From an uncultured cyanobacterium (GTDB lineage: Bacteria > Cyanobacteriota > Cyanobacteriia > Cyanobacteriales > CAWUOF01): 64,000 nucleotides of DNA. Every line of letters begins with the position of its first letter. Positions within the stretch are counted from its first letter, which is position 1. The notes below the pieces were generated by a model. That model had not been told where the DNA came from and ran no database searches. It was given only the letters and a program-made list of their open reading frames with translations. A program made the position numbers and the translations under genes. Below are positions 18,842-30,040 of this stretch, piece by piece. The DNA lies in assembly GCA_963744145.1 (NCBI GenBank), contig CAVUSO010000001.1, positions 3,712,001-3,776,000 on the forward strand. The letters run 5' to 3'.

Positions 18842-21800
18842 TTAGGTGGAAATTGCTATCGGTGATAATACGGCAAAACTGCTAATTTTCCAAGGGGCGA
18901 TCGGCCAAAATTCAGAATTAGGTAAAGTCACCGCTGTTACCGATCGCTCTAAAATATCAATGGCTTCGTCAATCACTAACCCCACTTCTCCTCCTAATTT
19001 TAATTGGGTTGCTTCTCCGACCCATTCATAACAACGTAAAACCCAACGCTGGGGATCTGTTTCTGCTTGTTTTAATGCCATTAAAATCAAATTTTCTCCC
19101 TGTAAATCTAATAATTTCCCCAGTAAAGGTAAATTTGGAGATGTTTTGGTTGGTAAATTTTCAGGTAACGCGATCGGCTGGAGGGGAAAGTTAAATTCAT
19201 ATCCTCTGTGAACTGTTTTAGCTTTTTTCCAATTACCACCATGGGGATAAATTCCATAAGCAAATTCATGTTTACCTTGATCTGCTTCCGGGTCGGGCCA
19301 AATTGGACTTCTTAACAAGGTTAATCGTAATTGATTTGGTTTAGCATCATAGCCATATTTACAATCATTTAAGATACTCACCCCATAATGCTCGTCACTA
19401 AGATCTGCCCAACGTAAAGCGGGAACTTCCCATTTTGCTTGGTCAGCAGTTGTAGTTGGTGATGTGGAACGAGCGATCGCTCCTACGGGAATCTCATAAG
19501 TAGCAATATCAGATTTTACAGTAAAATTAAACGCGGCTTTAACTAATTGATGACGCGATCGCCAATCAACGGTGGTGGCAATCTTTAAAATTGGTGAACC
19601 AGACTCTAGTATATAATCTTGACAAAATTCTGATTCTGCTAATTGTCGAATAATTCGTAATCGCCATTGAATTGGACCTGTTTCTACCCAAAAAATGTCT
19701 GTTACTCTTGGTGCTGGTAACGGATGTTGTTCATAATTAGGATCTATATTCCAAGCATCCCAATATTGACCACTATCTGCAAATACTTGTAATTGATTAC
19801 ATCCTCCCTCACCACATATTTCTCGTTCCTCTATCTGATCAAACATACTACTTATATTTCCTGTCTCCCCATCTACAATTACCCGGAGTAACTCATTTTC
19901 CAAAATCCAATCTTTGGTTGGTAATATTGACTTTTTAGCTAAGGTCTGGTAATCTAAGGGAGAAGAAATGTTATACTGCCTTATTTCTGTCCTTTTTTCA
20001 GTAAACTCCCCTTGATCTAACGAAATTCCAAGGGTTTCCGACGGTTGAGGATAAATCCAAAACACCCGATAACCGATCGACGGCACACCAATTGCTCGAA
20101 ATAATAGGGTATTTTCGTTAAATAATTGGGATAAAAGGATTGTCCCAGTAGCATCACTCACGATCCAGTGTTGAGATGGAATCGCAGGAGGTAATTGAAT
20201 AGTTACTACAGCCGATCGTTCCCAGTTGAGAGGATTAAAGACAACAATGGGGATAGCAGCAAGAGTGGGAGGAGATGGGAGAGTAACTAAATTAGCGATC
20301 GCGAGTAAACTCTGATTTAAGATCTGTAAGCCAATTTGTTTAACAATGAACCAATCCTGATCCGCATCCCGATAAACTTGGGGAATTGCTGAACCAGGGA
20401 GGATATCGTGAAACTGATTAAACAGCATTTTTTGCCAAGCAGTCTCTAATTCCTGATGGGGATAGGAGTCACCTGTGAGCAAAGTTACTAAAGAAGCAAA
20501 TAACTCAGCTTGATATAGTAATCCCTCACTATAACGATTCCAGCGTTTTTGTTCAGCGTGAGTAGTATAACAACCGCGATGAAATTCCAAATATAGTTCA
20601 CTATCCCACACCGGAACATCTTGCGGATCGCGATCGCAAGTCAAAGTAGTTTTAATTTTTTGTAAATAAGCAGCAGCCGTACTATAACTAACCTGGGGAA
20701 AAAATGGGGAATGTTGCCAAACTCTAGCCACTTCTAACATATCCCGCGACGGACCGCCACCACAATCACCAACTCCTGGTAACCAAAGTGCAGATAATAA
20801 ATTAGTTTGCTGTTCCCACTCACAAGCATAATTAGCCATTTTCACCGGATCGGTATCAGTACCAATTAAAGCCGACATCAAACTAAAAATCTGACTCCCA
20901 TCAGGCGATCGCCACCAAAAAGCACCATGAGGAAATTTATTAGTATCATTCCAACATAATTTTTGAGTGACAAAATATTCAATTCCACCTTGACTAAGTA
21001 ACTGAGGTAACTGCCAACAAAATCCAAAACTATCTGGTAACCAAGCTACAGTCATTAACTGACCAAATTTGGCTTGAATATAACGTTGTCCATAGAGAAT
21101 TTGCCGACAGATTGATTCACCATCAATTAAATTCAAATCTGGTTCTACCCACATTCCTCCGACTAATTCCCACCGACCATTAGTAACACTTTCTTTAATT
21201 GCGGCAAATAAATCAGGACGATTGGCTTCAATCCAGGCATAAAGTGCAGGAGTAGTATGACAAAATATTAGATCAGAAAAATCTTGTTGAAGTTGTAAAA
21301 CCGATGTAAAAGTTCGTTGAGCAGCTGACCAAGTTTCACTGACTGGCCATAACCAAGCTAAATCTAAATGAGCATGACCTAAGAGAAAAATTTCCCGTTG
21401 TTTGAGGGGGAATTCTTGAACTAATTCTAGTAACTTTTGACGCAATAAAACTAGCGATCGCTCAAATAACACGCGATCGGGTAAAGCCGTCCAATCAATC
21501 TGAGTAATTGCGACCGCTAATAAATCTAGTTTTGCTGGTGCCAAAGTCGTAAAATATGTTTGCAAAACTGCTAACTCATCCGCGACTAAACTGGGAGCAG
21601 GAGTCAGAAAATCTCCATCATCACGACTAAATAAACAGAGCGATCGGGTTAATGCTCCCCGATCATGGGAGGGACTGACTAAGCGAATTCCCACCAGAAA
21701 CTCATCTGTGATCGTCACTGATTCACTCAGCAACAATCGGATCGAAGCATCAAATAGATCTCCCCGATGTACTAACTTACCATTCACAAAAATTTGAGCA

Positions 21801-22111
21801 TCTTCTGCCCACCAAGTCAAGATTAAACGTAAACTTAATCCTGCTGGGGAATAACCTTGTAAATCCTGGGGAACAACTAATTTCTGAAATAACCATAATT
21901 CTTGACAACCGGACTGCCATGTGATATGACCTTGATCATTAAGCGTAGCGATCGGCAAAATTTGCCAAGGTTCTGACGTAAGAGTCCAGGTAATCGGTAA
22001 GTCTTCGGAGCAATAAAACCAGTGAGCCAAAACATCAACTTGACTTAACCTGTGTAATTGCTCAATCGTTTCACCAATTTGGATACTTAGGTCGGAAATC
22101 GAGGTACTCAT
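18842..22111 (-). CDS. Alpha-mannosidase (GH38)
   Basis: GHAHLDLAWLWP, GGMWVEPD, WLPDSFG, ELYLEFHRG, NQFHDILPGS. Confidence 0.95.
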   Translation of the reverse strand: MSTSISDLSIQIGETIEQLHRLSQVDVLAHWFYCSEDLPITWTLTSEPWQILPIATLNDQGHITWQSGCQELWLFQKLVVPQDLQGYSPAGLSLRLILTWWAEDAQIFVNGKLVHRGDLFDASIRLLLSESVTITDEFLVGIRLVSPSHDRGALTRSLCLFSRDDGDFLTPAPSLVADELAVLQTYFTTLAPAKLDLLAVAITQIDWTALPDRVLFERSLVLLRQKLLELVQEFPLKQREIFLLGHAHLDLAWLWPVSETWSAAQRTFTSVLQLQQDFSDLIFCHTTPALYAWIEANRPDLFAAIKESVTNGRWELVGGMWVEPDLNLIDGESICRQILYGQRYIQAKFGQLMTVAWLPDSFGFCWQLPQLLSQGGIEYFVTQKLCWNDTNKFPHGAFWWRSPDGSQIFSLMSALIGTDTDPVKMANYACEWEQQTNLLSALWLPGVGDCGGGPSRDMLEVARVWQHSPFFPQVSYSTAAAYLQKIKTTLTCDRDPQDVPVWDSELYLEFHRGCYTTHAEQKRWNRYSEGLLYQAELFASLVTLLTGDSYPHQELETAWQKMLFNQFHDILPGSAIPQVYRDADQDWFIVKQIGLQILNQSLLAIANLVTLPSPPTLAAIPIVVFNPLNWERSAVVTIQLPPAIPSQHWIVSDATGTILLSQLFNENTLLFRAIGVPSIGYRVFWIYPQPSETLGISLDQGEFTEKRTEIRQYNISSPLDYQTLAKKSILPTKDWILENELLRVIVDGETGNISSMFDQIEEREICGEGGCNQLQVFADSGQYWDAWNIDPNYEQHPLPAPRVTDIFWVETGPIQWRLRIIRQLAESEFCQDYILESGSPILKIATTVDWRSRHQLVKAAFNFTVKSDIATYEIPVGAIARSTSPTTTADQAKWEVPALRWADLSDEHYGVSILNDCKYGYDAKPNQLRLTLLRSPIWPDPEADQGKHEFAYGIYPHGGNWKKAKTVHRGYEFNFPLQPIALPENLPTKTSPNLPLLGKLLDLQGENLILMALKQAETDPQRWVLRCYEWVGEATQLKLGGEVGLVIDEAIDILERSVTAVTLPNSEFWPIAPWKISSFAVLSPIAIST

Positions 22112-22164
22112 ATTTCAGTAACAGAAAGTTTTAGAATTATTTGATCTATACCATTAACCCGATC

Positions 22165-23187
22165 ATGTCTTCTCTACCTGGTTCCTATCAAAGCAAACTA
22201 TTTAATTTTCTATCACAGCAATCCCGAAAATTAGCTGAAAAAGTTCAACTTGCTACCCGACAATTAAAAGTCGCTGTGGTTTGGGGAGTACAGTTGCTAA
22301 TTTACCCCATTTATGCCTTATTTCAAACTAGTCGTCTAGTGAGAAAACAGATCCAGTCCTCATCAGTCCCAGAATCATCCCCATCTCCTGACCAAACTGC
22401 TGATCAACCGCTCCTCAGTCCAGCAGAATTAACCAAACCCATCTCATTACCAGCAGAAATCTTCCAAGAAACCATGTCTTGGGAACAAAATAGTCAAATC
22501 GCAAAATTATTAAATCTGTTTGGAGAATCAAGTTTAACCATCACCGACCAATCAGCATTAGTTAAGAGTGCATATCATAATTTGTCAATTTCGTCAACAA
22601 CTAGAACATTATCAACATCTCACTCTAATGAATCAGAAGAATTTTTAGAAATGAAAAACCAAGCTTTAATTAAAGCAGCGATCGACTATTTTTTTAGCGA
22701 TCGCAATCAACCCTTAATCAATAGTAGTCAGTCAATTAATAATCCAGTCGATGAAGATCCTTGGTTAACCGAGACAGATTTATTTGGAGAATCAGTAACA
22801 GCAGAGAAGGAAGAAACCAAAAGTGATGGAAAATTACCCAATTCTCTGATCATTACCAACTATCTAACTGGGACAAATAATCCCCCTCCAATAGCAGCTT
22901 TACCTCAATTCATTCAACCGGAAATAATTGCTCAACCACAGAGCAGACAAAATCAGTCAAATTCCCAGCATGAACAAGCAAATCAGAAGATATCCCAAAC
23001 AACCAACAACCAAATCATTACCCAAACACCAAAATTAGATTCGATCGAAACTCCAGCAACTCCCATCGGTTATGAGAAACATCTGCTTGAACAAATCCTA
23101 GAATGGCTAGATCAGGGGATATTATTTTTAGAAAAACTCTCTTTAAAACTTTGGCAATGGATTAAAACTAATTGGATTAAGAAATAA
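22165..23187 (+). CDS. Conserved cyanobacterial hypothetical protein
   Basis: Long ORF with YQSKLFNFL, LIKAAIDYFF, DPWLTETDLFG and GYEKHLLEQILEWLD blocks. Confidence 0.7.
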   Translation: MSSLPGSYQSKLFNFLSQQSRKLAEKVQLATRQLKVAVVWGVQLLIYPIYALFQTSRLVRKQIQSSSVPESSPSPDQTADQPLLSPAELTKPISLPAEIFQETMSWEQNSQIAKLLNLFGESSLTITDQSALVKSAYHNLSISSTTRTLSTSHSNESEEFLEMKNQALIKAAIDYFFSDRNQPLINSSQSINNPVDEDPWLTETDLFGESVTAEKEETKSDGKLPNSLIITNYLTGTNNPPPIAALPQFIQPEIIAQPQSRQNQSNSQHEQANQKISQTTNNQIITQTPKLDSIETPATPIGYEKHLLEQILEWLDQGILFLEKLSLKLWQWIKTNWIKK

Positions 23188-23254
23188 AAGAATATCTGAT
23201 TAATTTCGCGATCGCCAATTGAAAAGAAGCAAAAGACGATCGTTTAAAATCAGG

Positions 23255-23494
23255 TTAATGCTTTTTACGTTTCTTAGGTTGAGAAGATTGATTATTCTGA
23301 TTTTGAGATTTAGAATTGAGGGAGGAATCATTTTGAGCTTTTTGTTTTCGTTCTTTTTGCATTTGCAATTTGACTAGACTAGATCTATCTAATTGTTTAG
23401 CAGTGGAAGCTGCATGAGCAGGAAAAACCGTCAATGTCATGGTCAGGCTGAAAATCATTAAGATCATTAATAAAAAAGCAATTGTAGATTTCAT
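23255..23494 (-). CDS. Small secreted basic hypothetical protein
   Basis: Signal peptide ending AHA, Lys/Gln-rich tail, GGAG RBS upstream. Confidence 0.6.
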   Translation of the reverse strand: MKSTIAFLLMILMIFSLTMTLTVFPAHAASTAKQLDRSSLVKLQMQKERKQKAQNDSSLNSKSQNQNNQSSQPKKRKKH

Positions 23495-23951
23495 TTGTTC
23501 TCCTTTTTCCTATTTTCATTAGATTGATCAGATTTTGAGAGAAATTATTGATTTTTTTTGAACTGGACGATCGCTGTTCTATTATTTTGATCACAAGACC
23601 AAAACCTAGTCCTTGATATTTTTACTTATGGGTCATTTCCTCAGATCATAGTCTATTAACAGAGTAGCTTGATTAGGTTCAACCAACCACCTCGAACCAG
23701 AAAATTTTGATCAGCTTAAAGATATCTTCGCTTCACCATAATTACCTGTTTATTTTTGAACAGTGGGACTTTTAGTTATGGATAACGAGAAGACAAACAA
23801 GAAATCAAGCTGGTGGTCAATTTTCACCAGGTCCTAAGTATTGCTAGAAAATAATCAGCAAAAACGAGCAACATTATCGGTATGATAAAAAAGTTAATTT
23901 GTCTTCATCGTCAAATACCCAAATTCTCATATTTCGGGAGAGATCCATACC

Positions 23952-24068
23952 ATGCTTACCCTCAAGATAGTTGTAAATATCGTGGTCGCTTTCTTTGTCC
24001 TCATATTCATATTTGGATTTTTAAACAACGACCCAGCACGGAACCCAAAACGTCAAGACTTAGAATAA
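23952..24068 (+). CDS. psbI: Photosystem II protein PsbI (missing from the ORF track)
   Basis: Hand translation [38 protein letters not shown], 38 aa; upstream of DUF3769 as usual. Confidence 0.95.
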   Translation: MLTLKIVVNIVVAFFVLIFIFGFLNNDPARNPKRQDLE

Positions 24069-24173
24069 TCCCATATACTTATCCTTCAGGTTATGCTCAG
24101 AGCGATTGGTCCTGCGTCCTGTAACCTAATGTCAGGTCGTTTTGGTTTTCTATTAAAACCTTTTTGCTGAAAT

Positions 24174-26753
24174 ATGCCATATCTGGTCCCATCGTCTGAA
24201 CCGTCTGCTCTAGTCCAGACCGTATTACCTGAGGATGCAACCCATTCAATTATACCAGGGGCGATCGCGGCACCGCAGGTGTCGTCGAAGCCCTTATCTT
24301 TCATTCCAGGATCTGTCACTAAAACAACTGGGAAAAAATCTGCGGCAATCTTAGGGTCGCCGATCGAATTACAATATTCAACTTCACCACCAGAAGACTC
24401 AGCTCTAGGTAAGTCAGAAGTAAATAGCACAGCTCCACTTCCACCCTTACCAATCTTCAAAAATTCAGAATCAACTCCCTCTTTAGAGGAAAAAGTCCCA
24501 GATCCAGTGTTCAAACCAGCTAATAACTGGAAATTAGCACCGATTTGGTCAGAAAAAACTCCAGAAGTAGACAATAAAACCGAACCATTATTGGTAACAG
24601 GGTCGGAGCGTGTAGTATATCAGATCAAATTTCCGAATTTGCCCCCAGCACCATCTCAGTTAAGTGAAAATATTACCCCATCTGCAACCACCAATAAAGT
24701 TACTCAACCCACCAACACCCAAATTCCTGTACCTGTACTCGTAAGTCCAGAAGGTACAATAGAAATAACCGCAGATCATCAAACTTTTGACTCATTCCAT
24801 CAAGTTGTGACAGCTGAAGGAAAAGTTTTAATGCGCTTTCAAGGGGGAGTGATCGATGCGGACCGCTTACAGATAAATTTAGTGAGCCGTCAAGCGATCG
24901 CCGAAGGAAACGTCTCTTTAGCGCGTGGGGATCAACTCCTGCAAGGAGAGAGAGTAGAATTTAACTTTGTTCAAGGTGGTGGTGTCGTTGAGAAAGCTAG
25001 GGGAGAACTGTTTATTCCTTCGAGTGGGGGAGATTTTTCGCCCTATATTTTACCGACAGATGTCAATGCTAATGTATTTTCTAGTCGTCCTTTAAGCGAT
25101 CGCATCCGGGAAAATGAACCGCTCCAGGGAGTCAATAGTCCTGGTGGAATTCAAATTGGTGGTGGTAGTGAAGCTCGTCCGATGCGTCTACCGGGTCAAG
25201 TCACAGAAGTGAGACGTTTACGGTATGAAGCGGAAAAAGTGGAATTTACACCAAGATTTTCGATTGGTAGAAACGTGCGGATTACGAATGACCCTTTTTC
25301 ACCCCCAGAAGTAGAAGCACAAGCAGATGTAGCGACATTCAAACGTTTGACACCATTTCAAGACGAGGTTAGTGCTAAAAATGCCCGTTTAGTATTCGAT
25401 CAAGGGTTTTCCTTACCTTTATTATTAAGTAGAACTGTGATCGATCGACGCGGAAGGAGTGGTACGGGTTATCTATTTGGTTATGACGGTTCTGAGCGAG
25501 GTGGGTTATATTTCCAAAAAACCTTTGAGATATTTTCGGTTCCCCTCAATAATCCAACAACTACCCCAGTAACAACTCAACGATTAACTCAACCAACAAC
25601 CGCAGCAACAACTCAATCACCCACTCAACCAACAACCGCAGCAACAACTCAACCACCCACTCAAACCACAACTCAACTACTGACTCAACCACCGACTCAA
25701 AATATTACTCTTTCCCTCACACCGCAATTTTTGCTACAAAAAGCACTGTCAAGTAATTTTAATCTTTTTGACACTGGCAATTACGGTCTCAAAGGTAATT
25801 TAGACATTAACTTAGGTGATAATAACCGCATCGGTGGGATCGCCATTTTCTCAAATTTGGGCAATCAGTCTCTGCAAAATACTCTACGAGCTAATATACA
25901 TTGGCGTCATTTACTATCATCGGGCTATATAATTGCTGCTGAATACTCCTTTCGCGATCGGGTCTATAATGGCTCTTTAGGATATCGAACGATTCAAAGC
26001 AGCATCGGTGCTTATGTCACCTCACCGATTATTCCTTTGTGGAAAACCGGGGTTAACCTTAGTTTTCAGGGATCAATTCAAGGAATCAATTCGGAAACAG
26101 ATCGTCCAGCTTTGCTGTTACAACAACCTCCTGCTGTCAACAATCGTGTCAGTTTGAGTCGTTTTCAAGCAAGTGTAGCGCTTTCCCGTGGATTTACACT
26201 GTGGAAAGGAAAAAAATTACCAGCTACTCCTACCCAAGGACTGCGATATACAGCTAATCCAGTTTTACCCTATATCACTTTAGTAACTGGACTAACCGGG
26301 ATTACCAGTGATTATAGTGATGGAGAAAAGCAAAATGCAGTGCTAGGAACAGTGGGGATTGTTGGTCAATTTGGTCACTTTTCGCGCAAATATTTAGACT
26401 CTACCGGATTTAGCGCTATTTATTCCCAATACTTTACCCAAGGTCAATCTCCCTTTTTGTTTGATCGGATTGCTGATGTTCGAGTTCTCTCTGTAGGAAT
26501 CACCCAGCAAATTTATGGTCCATTTCGGTTCGGATATCAAACAGCCATCAACTTAGATACCAATAAACAAATTAATAGTGATTACATCATCGAATATAGT
26601 CGCAGAACCTACGGAATTATCTTGCGCTATAACCCCAATCAGCAAATTGGCTCTTTAAACCTACGGATCAGTGATTTTAACTGGACAGGGGGTACTGATC
26701 CCTTTGATCAGAATTTTCGCTCAATAGAAGGTGGTGTCATCCGTTCTCAATAA
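24174..26753 (+). CDS. DUF3769 domain protein (LptD/OstA-like outer-membrane protein)
   Basis: MPYLVP start, OstA-like ITADHQ...AEGKV, RITNDPFSPPE, C-terminal YSRRTYGIILRYNP...RISDFNW. Confidence 0.88.
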   Translation: MPYLVPSSEPSALVQTVLPEDATHSIIPGAIAAPQVSSKPLSFIPGSVTKTTGKKSAAILGSPIELQYSTSPPEDSALGKSEVNSTAPLPPLPIFKNSESTPSLEEKVPDPVFKPANNWKLAPIWSEKTPEVDNKTEPLLVTGSERVVYQIKFPNLPPAPSQLSENITPSATTNKVTQPTNTQIPVPVLVSPEGTIEITADHQTFDSFHQVVTAEGKVLMRFQGGVIDADRLQINLVSRQAIAEGNVSLARGDQLLQGERVEFNFVQGGGVVEKARGELFIPSSGGDFSPYILPTDVNANVFSSRPLSDRIRENEPLQGVNSPGGIQIGGGSEARPMRLPGQVTEVRRLRYEAEKVEFTPRFSIGRNVRITNDPFSPPEVEAQADVATFKRLTPFQDEVSAKNARLVFDQGFSLPLLLSRTVIDRRGRSGTGYLFGYDGSERGGLYFQKTFEIFSVPLNNPTTTPVTTQRLTQPTTAATTQSPTQPTTAATTQPPTQTTTQLLTQPPTQNITLSLTPQFLLQKALSSNFNLFDTGNYGLKGNLDINLGDNNRIGGIAIFSNLGNQSLQNTLRANIHWRHLLSSGYIIAAEYSFRDRVYNGSLGYRTIQSSIGAYVTSPIIPLWKTGVNLSFQGSIQGINSETDRPALLLQQPPAVNNRVSLSRFQASVALSRGFTLWKGKKLPATPTQGLRYTANPVLPYITLVTGLTGITSDYSDGEKQNAVLGTVGIVGQFGHFSRKYLDSTGFSAIYSQYFTQGQSPFLFDRIADVRVLSVGITQQIYGPFRFGYQTAINLDTNKQINSDYIIEYSRRTYGIILRYNPNQQIGSLNLRISDFNWTGGTDPFDQNFRSIEGGVIRSQ

Positions 26754-26868
26754 TTAAAGATTTAAAATCTAAAATCGTTTACCCTGGGATTGTTGTAATT
26801 ATGTGATCGTCAGTTTGTCATCAAACTGGCTAATTTTATCTGCTTGATGACGCTTTTACCTATGACCC

Positions 26869-27678
26869 ATGACCGAATTGGCAAAGGGATCGACCGAACT
26901 GGCAAAAGATGATGCAGCGAATAGCGCAGCAAATTTACTCATCCACTACAGTTTTGACCTAAGTGGTCTTTCTGCTGATCTATTGATCTCCGGGTGGTTG
27001 AGACAACATCAGGCTAATTGGGTACGTCTAGCCGTAATTGAGGCACTATATCAAGGACGTTATAAAGCTGTCTCTGTTGAACAAATATTGGCTTTTTGGC
27101 ACCGACGGGGACAACCTTTATATCATTTCAATCATGAATTTGAGCGTTTGGTCAGCAGTAAACTTCCTCAAAATCTAGTTGCTAAACCAGAACTTACTCC
27201 AGAGGTTTCGAGTTTATCTAATTCAGTCCCGATCGCTCCGCTTGATTTAGCCCAAATATCCCCCCTGGTAAATAATCCTAGTCTTGCAGTTCCAGAAATT
27301 AGATCTGTGATCGAAACTTCATTAGAGTCCCATCGTGATGTGACTGAGTTGATTTCCCAGATCTCTGCACCTGAACAAGTTTCGGATCAAATTATTCCCA
27401 GCGCATCTCAACCAACTGCACCATTAACCGAGATGGAACTTCCCTTACCCTCTGTTGAACCAACACCTGTCATGAAAATCCCATCTCGATCGATCCCTCA
27501 ACTAAACCAAGAACCTGTACCACCATTGTCGGAAACTGGGGAAGTGCGCGATCGCAAATCTATCCCTCAGTTTACTCCTACTGCCAATACTTCTCCCTTT
27601 TATGACAAACTCAAATCTGTCGCGGACCATAATCAAGTTGATGGGATTGACCAAAAAACTCCTAAGCATGAAACTTAA
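26869..27678 (+). CDS. Conserved cyanobacterial hypothetical protein
   Basis: WVRLAVIEALYQGRYKAVSVEQIL..W.RRGQP..HFNHEFERL block. Confidence 0.75.
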   Translation: MTELAKGSTELAKDDAANSAANLLIHYSFDLSGLSADLLISGWLRQHQANWVRLAVIEALYQGRYKAVSVEQILAFWHRRGQPLYHFNHEFERLVSSKLPQNLVAKPELTPEVSSLSNSVPIAPLDLAQISPLVNNPSLAVPEIRSVIETSLESHRDVTELISQISAPEQVSDQIIPSASQPTAPLTEMELPLPSVEPTPVMKIPSRSIPQLNQEPVPPLSETGEVRDRKSIPQFTPTANTSPFYDKLKSVADHNQVDGIDQKTPKHET

Positions 27679-28185
27679 TTATTTTTTGACACCCATGCGA
27701 ATTTCTGAGTAAAAAGAAGCAATGCTAAAACCATTTTGATCTTTGATCACGCTAGTCCGTTGGCGTAAATTGGGACTAGCAAACCACAGACATTCTTCAG
27801 TATACATACTGTCTGTTTCGGTAATTAAGGTGAGAACTTGATCATGACTCAAACTATAACGACTGATCTCACCAGTTTTTTGTAACATTTTTCCTTGGTT
27901 GGCTTGTTCTTGATCGGGAATTGTCACTAGAATAGTGGCACCAGTTTGTTTTTTTTCGGACTGACCTAAAGTCCCATCCCACTTGACACGCCAACCACCA
28001 GATGATAAAGCTGGATCAATTTGATATTGTTGGCAAAGTTGAGTTACATCCGGATCGTTGTGGTCGAGAAATTCTATCTGTAGCTCTGATTTACCTGCTT
28101 CCATTTGCTGGGAATTGAGATCGTGACTGGTGCGTTGTGACAACCATTTACCAGCATTCTGTTTGAAAAATTCAACTATGTCCAT
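27679..28185 (-). CDS. CpcS/CpcU-family phycobiliprotein lyase
   Basis: MDIVEFF...AGKWLSQRTSH, EECLWFASPNLRQRTS, ASFYSEIR. Confidence 0.88.
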   Translation of the reverse strand: MDIVEFFKQNAGKWLSQRTSHDLNSQQMEAGKSELQIEFLDHNDPDVTQLCQQYQIDPALSSGGWRVKWDGTLGQSEKKQTGATILVTIPDQEQANQGKMLQKTGEISRYSLSHDQVLTLITETDSMYTEECLWFASPNLRQRTSVIKDQNGFSIASFYSEIRMGVKK

Positions 28186-28268
28186 TAATTGGGAAATTCC
28201 GGGTCACTGTTTTTTTGCATAATTATAATACTAATCTGAAGTTGGCAAATCAATCTTTGTGATTAATC

Positions 28269-29210
28269 ATGGCTCATGTTTTGGGGATTGATGGAGGAGG
28301 AACAAAAACTATTTGTGTCCTGATGGATCAATTCGGTACAGTTCTAAGTCGTGGGGAAGGTGGACCAGGTAATTATCAGTCTGTTGGTGTGGAAGTGGTT
28401 TCTACCTCGATTCAGATCGCGATCGCTACTTGTCTGGAAAATTATCCTCATGTCCCCATTACGGGAGTCTGTTTAGGATTAGCAGGTGTAGGTCGTTCAG
28501 AAGATGTGCAAGTGATTGAGAAATTGTGGCAATCTTTACCTAGCACCATAGCTGGAAATTGGTACTTAGGCGCAGATTCCGTCAGGATTTGTAGTGATAG
28601 TGCGATCGCATTGGTAGGTGGATTGGGTCATGGAGCAGGAATAGTCGCGATCGCTGGTACTGGTTCTCAAGTATTTGGACGTAATCCTCTGGGAAAAACT
28701 AAGCGTACTGGTGGTTGGGGTTATCTTTTAGGGGATGAAGGGAGTGCTTATTATATTGCTATCCGTGGTTTACAAGCGGTTTTGAGATCTGATGATGGAC
28801 GTTTATCACCAACCCAGTTAAGCCAATGTTTACAGCAGAAATTAGGTTTAAATACTTTAGCAGATTTAATCCCCTTAGTTTATCGTAGTGGTTGGGGTGT
28901 CAAGGAAATTGCTGCTTTAGCACCGTTCGTTGATCAAGTTGCAGCTCAGGGTGATCCGGTCGCGATCGAGATTATTAATAGTGCAGTCGCTGAGTTAGTT
29001 TTAGCTGTTAAAGTTGTCATCACTGATTTATTTGAGCGATCGGAGACTTTGACCATTGTCACGAGTGGTAGGGTGTGGTATAGTTTAGCTAATTTGCGCG
29101 ATCGCTTTATTACTTCCATCAGAGCGATCGCACCTTTAGCCCAGGTAATTTGGCCCATAAACGAACCAGCTTATGGTGCTGGTTTAATTGCATTGCAAAA
29201 GATTTTTTAA
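28269..29210 (+). CDS. BadF/BadG/BcrA/BcrD-type sugar kinase (N-acetylglucosamine/N-acetylmuramate kinase-like)
   Basis: LGIDGGGTKT, IAGTGS, GGWGYLLGDEGS. Confidence 0.88.
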   Translation: MAHVLGIDGGGTKTICVLMDQFGTVLSRGEGGPGNYQSVGVEVVSTSIQIAIATCLENYPHVPITGVCLGLAGVGRSEDVQVIEKLWQSLPSTIAGNWYLGADSVRICSDSAIALVGGLGHGAGIVAIAGTGSQVFGRNPLGKTKRTGGWGYLLGDEGSAYYIAIRGLQAVLRSDDGRLSPTQLSQCLQQKLGLNTLADLIPLVYRSGWGVKEIAALAPFVDQVAAQGDPVAIEIINSAVAELVLAVKVVITDLFERSETLTIVTSGRVWYSLANLRDRFITSIRAIAPLAQVIWPINEPAYGAGLIALQKIF

Positions 29211-29221
29211 AAATTTTGGCT

Positions 29222-29890
29222 CTACAATTCAGACAGGCGTTTTAGTGATAAGGTGGCGCTGGTAGCCACTTGAGGATTTGGATCTTTTTCCAGGTATTTT
29301 AAAGCAGAAATGCTCTTGGGACTAAGCAGATTTCCTAAAGACTCAGCTAAACGTTGTCTGACTAACCAATCATCCGATTGAGCAAATCGCAAAATCTGAT
29401 CAACGGATTCTACCGCTTTAATTTCTCCTAAAGCAGCGATCGCTGCTTGTTGAATAACTGTTTCCTGGCTATCTAAAGCTACAATTAAGACCTCATAAGC
29501 ACGAGCATCTTTGAGATTACCTAACGCGACTGCGGCACTAAAGCGAACTAACCAGTGAGAATCTTCATAAAAAGCTCTGGTTAAAGGCTCAAGGGAACGG
29601 GGATCTTCCAAATATCCTAACGCACCTGCGGCACCTGCGCGAATGCCATAATCAGGATCTGTGGTTAGTAGTTGGACTAGAATGGGATAGCATTCTACGG
29701 TGGGTTTTAACCCCAGCGCAAATACTGCCATTGAACGTACTTGCAGATTATCATCATCCAAAACTTTTTTAATTAAGGGGACAGCCGCTGCTGCGGGGAC
29801 ATCTCGTAAGGACGCAAGTCCTAACAGCCGATCGCGGGAATTTTTACTATCTAGTTGGGCCGAAATTTGCTCTAGGGTCAAAGAATTCAT
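29222..29890 (-). CDS. HEAT-repeat protein, NblB-like
   Basis: PBS-lyase HEAT repeats: VRSMAVFALG, WLVRFSAAVALG, DWLVRQRLAESLG. Confidence 0.8.
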   Translation of the reverse strand: MNSLTLEQISAQLDSKNSRDRLLGLASLRDVPAAAAVPLIKKVLDDDNLQVRSMAVFALGLKPTVECYPILVQLLTTDPDYGIRAGAAGALGYLEDPRSLEPLTRAFYEDSHWLVRFSAAVALGNLKDARAYEVLIVALDSQETVIQQAAIAALGEIKAVESVDQILRFAQSDDWLVRQRLAESLGNLLSPKSISALKYLEKDPNPQVATSATLSLKRLSEL

Positions 29891-29951
29891 GGGATTAAAT
29901 TAGTTGTTACAAAAATTTACATTTCCATTTCCCATTATAGTTAGAACTGAC

Positions 29952-30040
29952 GGCGTTGCTTAATCAGGGTATGAAAATCCTGTAGGGGCGGGCCATGCGT
30001 CCCTACAAATTATTTATTCAGACCGTAAATCAGCAACGCC
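29952..30040. mobile_element. 89-bp MITE with internal GTAG-type REP hairpin and 8-bp target-site duplication
   Basis: TIRs GGCGTTGCT / AGCAACGCC; GAACTGAC at 29944-29951 and 30041-30048. Confidence 0.85.

Noticed and set aside
23882..24574. ORFs 23882-24124 (+) and 24086-24574 (-)
   Set aside because: Shadows of psbI (another frame) and of DUF3769 (antisense).
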